From positions 1 to 64,000 of the forward strand of contig KZ537963.1 of NCBI GenBank assembly GCA_000934665.2: DNA of 64,000 nucleotides. Direction: 5' to 3'. Below the pieces are notes generated by a model. That model was not told the origin of the DNA. It made no database searches and saw nothing but the letters and a program-made list of their open reading frames with translations. This document shows, in pieces, positions 15,059-29,600 of this stretch; positions within the stretch are counted from its first letter, which is position 1; each line of letters starts with the position of its first letter. The position numbers and the translations under genes are program-made. The DNA comes from Catajapyx aquilonaris (lineage: Eukaryota).

Positions 15059-17624
15059 GTTTTGCTCATTAACGGGATCAATTGCGTTTAATATTAATTT
15101 GAATGTTCACTTTTTCACTTTGTTGTATAAAGTGACATTGGCCTGTAAGCTCTGAAATTCCCAAGACCACGATGTGTTTATCCCCGTATCGCAACTAAGT
15201 ATATAAACTCACTGTGTACTGCTTGCACCTGCAGTGATGCCACCGACCCTAAATCGATTAATCGGGCCCAGGTTTTGTTTGGTCATTTGCCTTTGACTCA
15301 AAGTAAGGCATCAAAAGTCGCTAATTTCATAGATCGTACTATATGCACACAAGCTATATTGATAGATAGATTATGCCAACAGAGGACATTTTTAAATCCA
15401 CTTATAAAAATAGACAGCTATGTGCTGCGAACAACAACTCACCCACAAAAAAAAATGGTCGCCAAATCCAGAGTGCACGCAGAATTATGGGGTGTCAGAG
15501 CGCTAAGCATGTTAAACTCCGGAAGTAATTTGTAACTTCACTACAAAAAGAATAACAAGAGGGACAACACACCGAATTCTATTACCTCCCCCCCCCCCTG
15601 TCCCCACTCCCCCACGTGCGCATGGAAACAATTCATGTCCGTTTGGACCATTAACACTGTCGTGCCTAAAGGTGCATAACACTGTATAACTTCCTCCCAG
15701 CCATCACTCCCATAACGGCCACTTGTTAATTAACAGTAGCTGAGGTCTTATCCAATTCCAGGGCCATTGATTGCCCACTTAGGAAGGTACAGGGTGGTGC
15801 TTATAAGTCTTTTTGCATTCAAGAAGGCTGAGGCAGCTGCTAGAAACGGTCTAACAAATGAGAAGAATTAAGGGCGCTCTCTTGGCAAATATGACCTCAC
15901 TCCTTCAAAAATGTTTTATGTAAAATGGGGTAAGATTGAGATGAAACGTTTTTTTTTTTTACTTGTGTTAATATTAATCTAACTTTTTTTTATCAGAAAA
16001 AATACGAGTGCCTCGCAGCGTTATATTTGAGGCTTTGAGGTTCGGTTGAAATCATCAAAGGAATCCTTCACTCGTTCCAAGAGCCCGTGTTAGAAGCTAT
16101 ATCCACAATGAGGGCCTCTCACCCCCGCCCAACTCTTCAGCAAAGAGAAAATGGGGGTGGAAAAACGTCATATCGCCATAATTGGTCCACAATTTCCGAC
16201 GTGTTCAAAGCGTACACATTTGCCCTATTAAACACACTGGAGTTGAGTCAAAAACATCTGAAACTTTCATCCTTACCTGGCTTGGCTTTTCCAACACCAC
16301 CGATCAAGCCGACATTTCACCAAGTGTCACCGAAGTTTTCTCCAAACTCATAATAAACTATTTAAAAAAATCGTTTAAAAAAAATTCACCTTGCTGTCAT
16401 CTCCTGTCACTTTTATGTCACAAACCGCACCATCACCCGGTCACGCATTACCAAAATAATATATATATTTTTTTTTTAACAAACCGCACCCAATTCACAC
16501 GTGTACACTCTCCGGTTGTAAAGTAGCATTTTCCTTCTTGCCATTTTGAATCACCAAATAAAGTCGAATAGATATGACCCTGCCCTGGCCCTGGGCTGGC
16601 CTGCCCTGGCCCTCGACACCGCTCTTGCTCGAGCGCTTTAGGCCGTGTGTGTGTGAGTGGTAGAATAGAGGGGAAAAGTGGGGGGATGGAGGGGGGATGG
16701 AGGGGTGGAAATACAGACAGCGCAAGTCTGCTCCTCAGCCCCCCCCCCCCACCCCTCTCTATACCCCCAACCTACCGTCAGCCCTTCCGCACCCAAAACT
16801 TCGATCTATCCACGCACTACTATGCCTCTATCATTCTACTAGATCTATCATAGTGTATTGATATACCCCTCCAAATGCATGTAATCCACCTGACAGATTG
16901 GAAAAGTTGACATATGGCATAACTTTGTCAAATACCCTGATTTTGTATAGGAACTGCTCAGCCGGTTATACAACCTTGCAGCCGAACATAAGTTATTTGA
17001 ATTCTCCAGACAAAATTCGCTGCCTTTAACTCTAAATGTATAAACAGAAGGGCACCGGTTCCTAAAATACACCCAGAAGGCGCAACAATCCTTTCCAACA
17101 CCCCTGCAGCTCTTTTGTACGACTACAAATTTTCGCAAAAGGAGTTGCGGGTTGGGTTGGGGGGAGAAAAGGGTGCAACATACGGAGCGTCTGGGGGAGG
17201 TTTTTGGAGGGAAGGCTTTGCAATCGAGAGGAAGCCGTGCATTAGAGCAAAGTTAGGTTTTCCGTTTCCAGCCGGCTTCACAGATAGAGGAGAAAAGGCT
17301 TTTTGGGGGGCGTTGAGGGGGGGGGGGGGAGCTGTCGTTGGCAGAGCAAAAGGCCAACATGCCACGCACCCCCGAAAAACAAACCTTCTCAAAAAAATAA
17401 AAATAACGTCAACTAAAGAGTCTAAAGGAGGACGCCTCTGCTTATAGGTAGAGGTGTCGCATAGTTGGGCACACAAAAAAAGCTATTGTTCACTTGTGGC
17501 AGACATTCATTACTCGAAGCGTTTCTCAGAAGTTAATTCCACTGATGAGCGAAGCCAAGTATTTTAGTGGAAAAGCCTTATTATTTACATGCTATTTTTT
17601 GCATTGTCCTGTTAATTTACTACA

Positions 17625-17865
17625 CTAGCAGCGTAGCCCGTTCTTCGCACAGCCTGTTTATAGGTAAAGTGAGCCGGAATTGCCTCAGACCTGAAAAATT
17701 CTAAATTTTAGCCATTTATAGACTGAAAAAGTGCAGGTTTCCGACTTTTCCCTCAATTATCAGCACGTAAGCCATCAGTGTGCCAAGTTTCATCACTCTT
17801 AGTAGTTCTGAAGTGGGTTAGGTAGCCCGGACATTCAGACGAACTTTCTGCTTTATTAAGTAAGA
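17625..17865 (-). mobile_element. Short non-autonomous Helitron (Lep1-like), 241 bp
   Basis: On the minus strand: A|TCTTACTTAATAAAGCAGAAAG...ATGAAACTTGGCACA...GCTGTGCGAAGAACGGGCTACGCTGCTAG|T. This gives a 5'-TC start, a 3'-CTAG end, insertion between A and T with no TSD, and a degenerate GC-rich hairpin just inside the 3' end, all Helitron hallmarks. Confidence 0.68.
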
Positions 17866-20800
17866 TTACTACAACACACCATACCCTATACGAGTATATT
17901 TTCGAATATAACCTGCCCCCAAAAAATAGGTTAGCTGACCCTTCCTATAGACGACACCCCCTTTTTAGAGAGCCCTCCCACTTTTTTCGCCTCCTACTCT
18001 TCCCCTTTTTCGACCCCCTGCTCCTCTCCCCATTTCCCCCCTCGCCTTCTCTCCAGTGGCTCCCAAAACCCTCCCTCAATTTCCATAATTTAGTGGAGAT
18101 GCGCTGGCTGAATACGAGCGCAGGTTAGGTGCGTATGCAGCGCCAGACATTCGAGGGAAGGGAGCTCTTTATGTCTTGCCTGGGAAGAAAAGGAAGCAAG
18201 GGAGGTCACGAAACTCGGTTCTACCCTTTAAAAAATGGGCAAATGTAATATGCACGCACGGTGATTGTTACCGGCTGCATTATTGACATAATAATGGACG
18301 GATTTGCATATAATGGGAGCTGCGAGGAGATGATTTCGTATTGTGACCTATAGATGATTACATCCTGGTAGTCACGGGTATAAAAGATATCACAGGTTCT
18401 AGTACTGACTTTATATTCATTTGATAACATGCAGCTCACACTAATCGATTTCCTCTGCTCTGCTCTGCTCTGCTCTTTCCCTCTCTCTCTTGGGGGGACT
18501 TCAAACCCATCCATCGACTTTCTAGCCAGCGGAAATAATAGTCTAGCAAAAGTGGGTATTGTGCAGAGAGGTTTGTAAAGTCCAGAAAGCCAAGTTTTTA
18601 GTGGGTTCAGGCAGCTGCCCAAACTCATGGAAGGGGGTGGGAGGAAGAAAGGAAAAGGGAGGGGTGGATGGGAGAGGAAGAAAAAATAGAAATAAGGGAA
18701 AGTTATTTGATAGTACTTGAGGATCATAGGTCATAAAGAGTCGTGGTGTACAGTCCCGACACTGTACAGAGAAGAGGTCAAATAAGCACAAAAAAGTGTC
18801 GCCAATTTCATCAATCAAGCGAAAGTTATATGTTAGTGGTCATGGAGTAGTATGTTCACAAATTGTACTACAATGATAAATTTCTTCCGGAGCAGTCACC
18901 TGTACATTTTTAACCGTGAGGGCAGACAACAAACACAATGATGTCATTGTTTTCTGTTACGTTTGGCAAGGATGTAGCATTTCCCTAATTTACAGCCGAC
19001 AATAATATTACTGACAAGAAGCTCGCTGTTTTGAATATTCTTTCTGTCGTGGAGACTACAGTTTACAATAATCAACACATGAAAAATTATTTTCGTAAAA
19101 AATTTCAGATGCAGGTATAGGTTCAGTTTTCATACTTTTGGACGAGGAAAATGTTCCACGAAAATCTGTTGTCAACATGAGACCAACAGCGGAGACTGTT
19201 AGGTAAATAACAAGCGATCAAGTTGTTTCGCGGGGGCAAGACTTTTATAACTCTGTGTGTGGGCATTAATTTGGCTTATAGGTAGTAAACTTTACTCGGA
19301 AGTGGTCATCAAGACGACCTTCCGGAATCTATCGCCAGGCCCGAAATAACATCTTACTATAGCTTTTTATAGCCGCCCCTTGCTATACTGTATATACTGG
19401 CCTACCTATAACATAATATGGTACATATTATATACTGTAAAGGTTATTTCATGACAATATTTCGTCATGATTCTTTATATTAAGGAAGGTATAAGATAGT
19501 GGTTTATTATGTTATCAATGTTGTCGTTAATGCGAATACACCAATTATCATTTTGTTTGAACGGACTGGTTTATATATACAAATTATCAGGATGGTCTGG
19601 ATATTTATGCGCATTTAATGATGCATATTTATGTCGTATTTGCAAGTTACATGGGCCCCCAATTAGTTTGATGTTCTACATCATTAGGTTACGAGGGGAA
19701 AACAGGAAGAGATAACAATAATGCGATGAATTTACCGCGAGGAACACACAACCATATTTAACCGGCCATTAAAGAAACAAAGAGTTGCCAAAATCATTAT
19801 GTATCTGGTCTGAATTCGGAGCGTTCCAGATAGTAATTAGCCACCTCATTCCCACATATCGCATGCCTTTTACGTAATCATTATCATCATCAACATACTC
19901 GTCACAACTCCCTGCTGGATAAAAGTGGCAACTAACTTTCTCTAGCAAGTAAGTACAATTGCCTACTGGACAAGTATTATCAGCTTGTTTATTGACTGTA
20001 ACAAATTTCAGATGAAATATTGCGAATATCTATACAAAATTGGACCTTTTGTGTAATTTCTTTCATATAGCCTGTCCCAATGGCTGCTAAGAAAAATGTA
20101 GAAAAATTGCCAATAATCCAAGTTGATCTGCATTCATCCAACCGAGCCTTATTCCTGCCCTGATATACAGTATAAGGCCCACGCATGTATGAACATGACA
20201 CCATAGGCAGACAAATTGCTCTCCGGATCGCCGCCCCCGTCAATAGAGGGCGTATCGGCCGCAATCTAACCAATTCCAAATAATAAAAGGAAAAATAATA
20301 AATAAATAAATCTTCCCATCTGGCTTCGATAAAATGGCTTCACTCTCGTGTGCCCTGCTCTTTTTTTTTAAAAAAAAAATGGGCGACAGCCCAGCTGAAC
20401 GTGGGTGACAATAAATCTCCCTCATTGTTTATGATGACACCCGACTTTTCCCCGGAATACACGGCACGGAGCGATGGTAACGGGCAGGATTGGTGATTAA
20501 TGTTCTTGCTTCGAGTGTTCATCGCTGTGCAACGTTATCGCTTCTCACCCGCAGAGAATACTCCGGACTATAGATGAGGGCTCGAAAAATAAATCCGGTG
20601 GAAGCAAAAGCTGACCGGCGCTAATAGTCTACCACTGCTGGGGTATTCTTAGAACCAGGGGTAAGTTGACAAACATCCTGATTGGCTGTCTACACACTAA
20701 CCCTTGGCAGACTGGGTGACGCCGAGAGAGGAATCGTAGCTATAGAGAGAGAGACAGAGAGAGAAAAAAAATGTGCGGTGTAGTCATTAGAGGATCTCGG

Positions 20801-23625
20801 TTTCCATTCTCACCTCATCCATGTTGCGCATTCGGGATTCCGGAGCTGCTTGTCCTCAATTTGGCTCCGGTCCTAGATAAACAACGGATGATGGGGTACC
20901 TTCCAATTGCCCGCTACTTCCACAGGTGAAGGCACACAGGCCACCGTGTTTAATGTGGATCCGAAATTTATGGGTAGGGGGGAAAAAACGTTGTGAAGTA
21001 ACCAACAAAGTGGATGGCATCATAATAATCGTGGAGGACGTCATTATAGCATACACTTAATAAGCAAACAATTTAGACATTCATGCTGTACTTATATCAA
21101 TAAATTCTACTATAATTTTAAGTCTATAGTTTAGTACAAATCGTCGATAATTTCAACATACATTTACGTACGGCATTATACGCGTAGATATATTTTCACC
21201 TCGATATAGACTGTTCTGAGAGTACCGGTATTGCTTTAGTTCATTAGTTGTTGGTATAGTTATAGAAAATAATGAGATTCTGGAATATATGACCTGGAAA
21301 AAGTTGTATAGCCTATATACTGCGTCGCCATTATATGGCTTCAGTTTTGCAGCGTATATATAGCCCTTCATTTTGCTTTAAAACAGCAAAACTTCAGAGA
21401 AAAATGAGCTGGAAAATATCCAGCTCAGGATACATATATAAAAACTCTCTTGGGAAAAGTTATTATTCATAGACAGCTTTTCATGTGTGCTCATGCAACT
21501 AATAACAAAACAGCGTAAGTGGTTTCCTGCTGCAGTGCACGGAAATGGAACCAGGGAAGTACAGGTACTGTATGTGTACAGTGCTGCCTGGGGAAAATGA
21601 GCAAGCCAATACTATATGGTCATGATGTAGGAATTTTGTTGGCTGCCAGCATAACTATACAGTGCAAAGTTTTTCAAACGCAAAATGCACAAAATCTCAT
21701 TAATAAAGCAAATAAGTAAGTCCATGGCGTATATAGGTGACATGACGTCACGACGTTATTTGCAGTTTAACCATGCGGTTCTACAGGTGTCTACTAATAT
21801 TACATCCTATATTGACAGGTGTCCAGCAACTCATGAAGTGTCGAGCCACAAAAAGCTGCTCCCGGAATATACTGCTACTATATAGACACAAGCTTCTAAA
21901 CTTGTTCAACTGAAGAGAAATAAAGGTGATTCAATAACGTTTACCACGCCGTGGAACTTATGGCCTTCCTGCCGACCACATGGAGCTAGGATTAGCCCCA
22001 AACTTCAATAGAACAAGGTAATGAATAGTCTAAGTGACTACATCATTAATTTTAATGGGTCTTTTAATAATTACTTTTAACACATGGAATTTATTTTGCA
22101 CTGACACACATAAAACCCTAATAACGTCACAAAATATGTGAGTCCGAATGATTGAAAATTAATGAATGCAAAGAGTCCGTGTTATTGGTCGCAATTCACA
22201 TTACAGGACATTTTCATAAAACCGTAAGTAACTGACTGCCATCAAAAACTTTGATCACCGAATTTTACATCGTCAGAGCCGCCATTTTGGCCATCAACCT
22301 TGGCCCTGGTAAGCTTTGACTGGCAGCCTTTCGCAGAAACGAACAGACATTTCCTTCCCCCTAGCTTCGCTTCCAGCTTTGAAATTCTCTCTCCCTCCTA
22401 ACCGTCCAGTCGATCGCCATGTTTATTGGCCTCGGGTTATTGGATTAGGAACAACTGTGTCCGAATGGTGGTGACCCCTAGGTCGGGACACAGCAGGGAG
22501 ACCGTTGTTTGCTGCTCTTTCCCCCTGTTATCTCCCCTCTCTTGCGCTTTTATCGTCCCCTCCCTTCATCCCTGATTCTCCTACAGTCATTCACATCAAG
22601 TCAGAAGTTAGTCTGGTTTTACCCATAACTTGCAAAAAAATGTACAGTAGAATAAGAATCGCCTAAAATTTGGAAGAAGGAAAAAATTTCAAGTCGCTTC
22701 TGGCGTTTCGCATAACTTGGTCCGACAATTTTTCACCGCGAATGCATTGTACTGTACAACTATATACTGCAATTAGCAGGAGGTAAAGCCTGCAGGTAGA
22801 TAAAGCATGCTTTATGGCCTGTTGCTTTTCGAGGCTGCTTTTGGGAGACTTGGGGGCTCATGATTGCGAATGATTAATCACCTGTAAAGGAAGGAAACGA
22901 AGACTTTACACGCCCGGAGACTTTTTCATTCCTTCAAGCACGATATGGCATATATATAAGCAGTTCCCTCCATTTTAACCATCGATCCAAACACAAACCT
23001 ATATTACGTAACATCAGGTATTGAAACCCCCGACATATCCGATCTGGATTATAATTCAAAGTGAAGGATTAGAGACATGTGTGAGTGTTGGTTTGACGCA
23101 ATAAGGAGCCGAAAGTGAGTCTGGGACTGACGGTTTTTTTAAAAGGGGGGTTGGGGAAGATGCTGGGGTCCAGAAAAGTGCATGCGATATCGGAGTGGCA
23201 TTTGTCATGTCCCGATGTGTAGTCGTAAACTGTGCCATCATGCTGGCTGTCACTTCAGATTGGCAAGCTTTGCTCAAAGCCCCGCACACTGCCAAGCCCG
23301 TGACGACGTCAACCCTTCGATTTTCTTCTTCTTTTTTATATTATATATATTCCTTGATTCCTTCTTCTTTTTGCTGGTTCCTCCACACCCAGCTTCGCCT
23401 CACTCCCAGCTGACACCCGTCACCAACAATGTTTTCTTCTTATTTTCCTCCTTCCTGTACCATTCCCTTGACAGAAAAGGACATTCCCTCCATCCCAAAC
23501 TTTTTTTTTCCTCCTTCGGCCTATCCGTCCTCACCCCCCTCCTCTCCCGAAACGTCTTTTCCGGTTTGAAAAATCCGGCCAACACGAACGTCCGAGGTAG
23601 GCCTCTTCTCTAAGAAATTTTTTTT

Positions 23626-23660
23626 NNNNNNNNNNNNNNNNNNNNNNNNNNNNNNNNNNN
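23626..23660. other. Assembly gap (35 N) between a poly-T and a poly-C run
   Basis: N run in the sequence; a single N also occurs at 54339 after a poly-G run. Confidence 0.99.
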
Positions 23661-26600
23661 CCCCCCCCCCCCCATCCAAAAAAAGGAAAAATTAGACGGC
23701 TCAAAAAAAATGTGAATCGCATTACTGAATATGAAATCCAAGCTGTAACTCTGCATTTAGTAAACTTTTTCCTTGCAGTCACATATTATACGGGGTCAGC
23801 TTATTTCCATTCCACTTGCAGACGTGCAATTACGCCCCCCTTTTTTCGTCTCTCTCTCTTTTTTTGTACCAACTCCCTGTGATAAGCCTCCTGATTACAC
23901 TTAGATAAAGAGTAATGCTGCAAATACTCTTGCGCCTCATTCAGCCTCCTCCTTTTTATTCCCTTTGTAATTACTTCTACACACTTATCCTGCTCTGCCG
24001 GCAGTAATCACCGCAGCGTGCCCTTTTGAGCTTTTAGGTTCCGCCGCGCTAACTCTCAAAATATCCTGCAGACTAGTCCGACGTGGATAAAAAACATGGA
24101 GGGATAAAATAGAGCACAATTAAATAGTGAGGTCCGGACAGAGGCGGCTCCGATAAGAGGATTATAATTAAGCATGTTGCTTATGTAAACGGTCAACTGG
24201 CATGATGGATTTTTTTTAAATGGATTTGTGTACATTTTGTTCACGCAGCACTTTATAAACATGCATCATTGCCAGAGTATCGACTCCATCTTCCTGAACA
24301 ACGCGGAAATTAATATCAAACGCGCAATACAGTGCAACGGACTTGTCGAAAACTACGCCCAAAGCAGTTTCAATAACTCTGGCTCCGTATCGTCTCCTGC
24401 AGCTGCGTACTCTTTTTTTTCCTCTTCACTAATTACTCTTTGCACACACCGTTTTGAAGCAACCGGAAACTGAGCTTTACATTAGTCCCCTCCACATCAC
24501 CCATGTTTGGAGGCCGGCTTAGAACTAGGTGTACTCCCTTCGAGCCATTTTCACAACTTGAGGGCCGGACATGCAGCTCTCCGCTCTAATAACATAATCT
24601 CCTTATTTGCAGGCCCCTAACTAGACAGATCTAGAGAACCGAGCATAGGTGTCTGATAATAGATTGGTGCAGGGAAAAGGGAATGTAAAGGGGCTTTGTC
24701 CGAGGACAAACACTCACTTGTGCGGCGCCCAATTACAGGCGCCCTACCAATTACGGCTAAGACTGGTCCGAAACTACGGTAAGTGCATGGGGGAGATGAT
24801 TGGATCAAGAGGGTGGGGTAGGTAATGAAATTCAAGCTTTTCCCCCCTTCCATCTTTTTTTCGCTCCGTATTTTTCTGGTTCCCCTCATGGTGGTGATTC
24901 GGAAGGTCCGAGTGTGTCCTGGCCTGGTGGGGACTGCGTGTGACACCATAATGGCGGGGGCAACTGACAACCGATATGAAAACGGAGGTAATTTGGTCAT
25001 AAAAGCGGAGGCGCCCCCCTCAGGCTTCCGTGCTCTGCAGACTAATTCAGAGGGCGGTTTGGGACCTCTGGGGTTCTTGCAATCCGCCTACTGGACTAAT
25101 GCGAGTTCCCGAGGGAGACTACAGGGTGGGCCATACGGTTTTTAAATATATGTATCGGATTGCTTCATTGTCGTATGGTTCGTAAGTGGCAGGGAGGCTC
25201 ACCGATTTTTACGCTAAATGTCAGTGTCAGCAAAACATGCGACATTTTTTTGGGGGGGTCAGGAAGGGCTTTCACCCTGGGTTGGATCAACACCATAAAC
25301 TCTAGGGTGCTTCCATACATGCTGGCTCATCGCTCCAAAAAGTGATGATGTTTCAAACTCCTTTAAGAATCATGATTGAAGCATTAATGGCATCTTCGGA
25401 AAGTTCAAGTGTTGTCATAAGATGGCCGGAAAATCCTGAATTAGGCTATTCAGCTCAAAAAAAAACACTTTTTCAGACCTCAACTGAGGTTTAAAAAAAA
25501 CTGAAAACAATATTAAATAATGACTTGCAAAACGTGCAGATTTGACACCTATGGACAGTAACAGTGCTGCACGTTCACATCCAAGTGACATATTCCCTTC
25601 GACGGGCACTGTTATCATCAGAAACGCCTTATTATTTTATCAAGAGCGTCACGGAATAAACGTGCAAAAGGTATCTAGAGCAAATTCCGCCTCCGCGGGA
25701 GTAATCGCCTCCTCAGGAAATTGTTTTCTGGCGATCAATGTAGAACATGATTGAGATTTGGGTTCATAAGAAATTAATGGGCAGCAGACCTCCCCCAGCC
25801 AGTCCCTATAACAGAACACGTGCCAGAAGGAACCTGATGAATTCTTGAGTGTCTACTGTTTTAGTGGGCCGTTATGACGTTACAAATTCCGTGAGATAAA
25901 GGCTTCATATGCCTCAATAACAGTACACTCAGAGGTACAGTATGAAATAATCAACCCAGAGCTAATACGCAATAATAACTGCTGTTCATGTTTATTGCCA
26001 CATGTCGACTCCAATCATGCGCATAATAGCTAATTATTACAGAAGTACTATCCTAATCATGCATGATTTCCTTGCCATTTAGTATACCAGATGGCAAGAA
26101 AACAATGACATTTACTTTTGGAAAATGGCAGAATACATACAGCTCACATCATCAAAATTTATTCAAAATTGACAATTTATGTCAGATTCAGCAGTTTTAT
26201 GAGAACAACACTCTAAATATGATACATCACTATCAGGCAAACTGCATTTCGAAAACTGATAGGCACTCCGTATGATAAATCGGTGCCGAGTGTGATCACA
26301 TTTCAGTCTGTAATTGCAACCCAGACACACGCGTTAAAAAGGCAATATTTTGTTTAAAAATCGGGGTTAATGCCAGTGAATTATGCAGTCCACAAAGCAT
26401 ACACCATAATCTCATCAAGCAAAACTAATGTTACTTTATATACCCAAGAAAATCTGCAGTAGCCACAAAAGAGAATAGACTAGTTCGAAACCATGCAAGC
26501 TCGTCTGGAAAGCCATCGTTTTCCATTACAAGATGAAAGGGAAGGTTTTTGCTTCAGTCATTCCAGGATTGGTTTTCGGGGCAAAGAGGAGGAAAAAAAA

Positions 26601-29600
26601 TCGAGCCAAAAGCCACTAAAAAAATTCCTAACGTGGAATATATGATTACACACGGATCACTGCGATAGCTTATATAGCATCTGTTCCAAAAAGCCATAAT
26701 TTTCACAAAATCACGTTTTATTTTCCATCGAACACATTTCGGCAAAAAAATGATGTACCGAGTCATTTTCCTTTCCACTGGAGGTAATGCAATACAATAA
26801 CCAGAACCGGATGAAATTCTGCCTGACTGCAAAATTATATGTCCATTCAGCAAAGTTTATCAGACAAGCACTAGATCCCTCGCGCCACTAAGCGCAAAGT
26901 AGCAATGTTGCGAGCATTAGGCAGACTTCATTGCAAAATTGTGTGGATGGAATGCCGTGTTGGATCCGTCACCTTTGCTTGGCTGCAATCAATTTGTGTT
27001 CCCGCAACCCGTAATCGCATCATTCCGAAAAATAATTGAAGCAGAGTAAGCTTTCACAAATGCGCTTCGAATGTAAATACTACCTAAAAATGATGCCACT
27101 CTAATCCATATTGGCAATTTTTCAAGGAAGGCTGAAAAAAATAACTAATCCCTTTTATGGAAGAGTGACCTCAAAACATGGCAAAAAAATATCAATGCTC
27201 ATTCCGCGAATCGCAAAAAAATGCTGAATAAATATACCTGGAATCAATATCAGATGGAACTTAATCCGATCTGGATTTGCAACGTCACCACCGGAACGCA
27301 GCTCAATCTCTCCCGCACCATTTGATTAAACCTGTAATAAAAAAAGATACGTCATTACGTGCCCAAACTACATTACGGTTGTCAAAGAGTCCAGAACAAT
27401 CGGAGCAATTAAAGTTAGCCGTTTTACTTCAAGATAATCAGCAACAAAAGATTCCTCATATAATCCCCCCCCCCCCCTCCCAAGAGTTTGACAAGCGGAG
27501 GAGACCAAGAAAGCAAGCCATTCTGCTTCACATCCCCGTTTCCTAGATTGATGGCAAAGAGTTATGCATCCCTGAACATTCACAATGAAGGTCCATCACT
27601 GGCTTCTGTCATTTCGCCCACACTACTTTTTTGGGGGGGAGCTCATTTTTATAGAGGCCACAAAAGGCATCCAGAGACCTTTTTCTGCAAATGGGGGGGC
27701 CTCCAGCATTATATTCAAATCAAACTGGAGGTTATTGGAATGCAAATGGCCCTTATTTCTCTTCGGGGCATCGCATATAAATACACACACGCGGCATACA
27801 GTTTCGCAAAGTCAGGGCGTGAATAATCATCGCCTCTCGCCCTGCAATTCCCCTCTGTGTGATTGTAAGAGTTGTGTCCTCTGGCCATAGATTCGTGGTC
27901 TGTTGCGTTGGCCACAAAAGAGAAGCGCGCAGGCCATTCCATTTTACCCTTGAATTTGCCTGGATGGATTCTGAAAATAGCACCAAATGTGGAAATAAGC
28001 AACACACATGCTATCATAAATATTATTTACCGCAACTCGTAATTAAAATAAGCCACTTACATGTAGTACGCAAACAAAAGCTCAGCAGCCTCAGAAATAT
28101 GAACAGTTTAGTTGCCGAAAGCCATTTTTGGAATTTTGCAGTGTAGAATATTACGTATAGTTAAGTAATAAGCCAGAAAAACTATATATGGAAAACATTC
28201 GTTTGAAGCTGTCGTGGCATACAGTTTCTATCGCATTACATTTTGTACAGCCGAACTGTAAGCTACTCTCCTCACCAGATAAGAAAGCCCCCCCAAGGAA
28301 ATGAAAACATAATACTGCGTATGCAGTCAATGCTATTCAACACACGATATTAAATTCCTGTGAAAAATATCAAGAATTCACAGACAAGTGAATGCAATCA
28401 TCATTATCTCGTTATTTTCACCTCTGGAGTAGGCCAGTCTGCTTTAAATAATTTTCTGATTAGTTTTCCTAAGAAGCATCACAGTCACTCAGCACAATAG
28501 AGGACGGGATGTTGTTAAAGCAGAAATAAATTTGATGAATAGGAACATTAAATATGTATTTTTCAGGATATGCTGATAGAGTATTGCGATTAATACTTGA
28601 AAGGTGGACCAACTATAACACAAGACAAGAATACTTTTGAGTTTTACAGCTCTTGCTGTGTGGTCTGAACACGTGGAAAATATCAACAACACATTTGTCA
28701 ACCTGCGCAGTTGTAATCGGACCAGAGCCCAAACATGTTTTTCGCCTCTGGCAACTTAATCTGTCAATAAGAAAGCAGTGCTTCCGAGGAGAAGAAGAAA
28801 AAAAAATCACGCGATAAAATGACAACGGGACACGCCCTCAATCAGACCAGATTTATACCCACAATTCCTCAAGATTTATTCCTCGCGGCTTTGAACCAAC
28901 CCTATAAATTAGGCTGACAAGGAGGGTTACTTCCTGAAAGTATCTTTCTCTCTTTTCTGCGCAAGATCCTGACAAATATGATCACTCGCCATATATTCGA
29001 CCAAAGAGCAAAACTTAATTTGTATGAAAAAAAATATGCAAATGGCCATTTTCTAAGGGTGCTAACTACGAACTATGCTACGTCCTATCAACTCCCCCTC
29101 CATGTCCTTATTGGAAGTTGTTGCTCCCAAATGTAGCCCTGATTAATAATGCATCCTGGTGCTCCGTTAAATATTCAAAGAACCTAATGGAATATTTGCC
29201 CTAAAGAGCAGTGGTTGCAGTACCGCCCAGTTAATACAGGGAAATTGCTTTAGCGATGCACGTATAGTCTGGTCCACTGCCGCCTTGGGTAAGAGCTCTG
29301 GCTTTCAAGCTCACCCCCATATACCCATACCCCCCCCCCCTCCCTAAAATTATGCTCTAGGCTTGTAATGTCGAATCATAGCTTTTCATATTTGGGATTA
29401 TAGAGCTCCAATTCCGTTTCCTTTTCTGGCCCGAAATTTGACTGGAAATTTTTCCTTTGCTGAATCTCTGCAATGCGGGGTTGCAAATTATTGACAGTGT
29501 TCAGGATGTGATGGAAATTCCCACTTGATCGAGAGTGCGTAACTTGGGGCATATCGGGTAGGAAGTTCACGCAACTATCTATCGTAGCGTGGCAAGGACT

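Noticed and set aside
14928..15155. Poly-isoleucine ORF
   Set aside because: It is a translation of the (AAT)n microsatellite.
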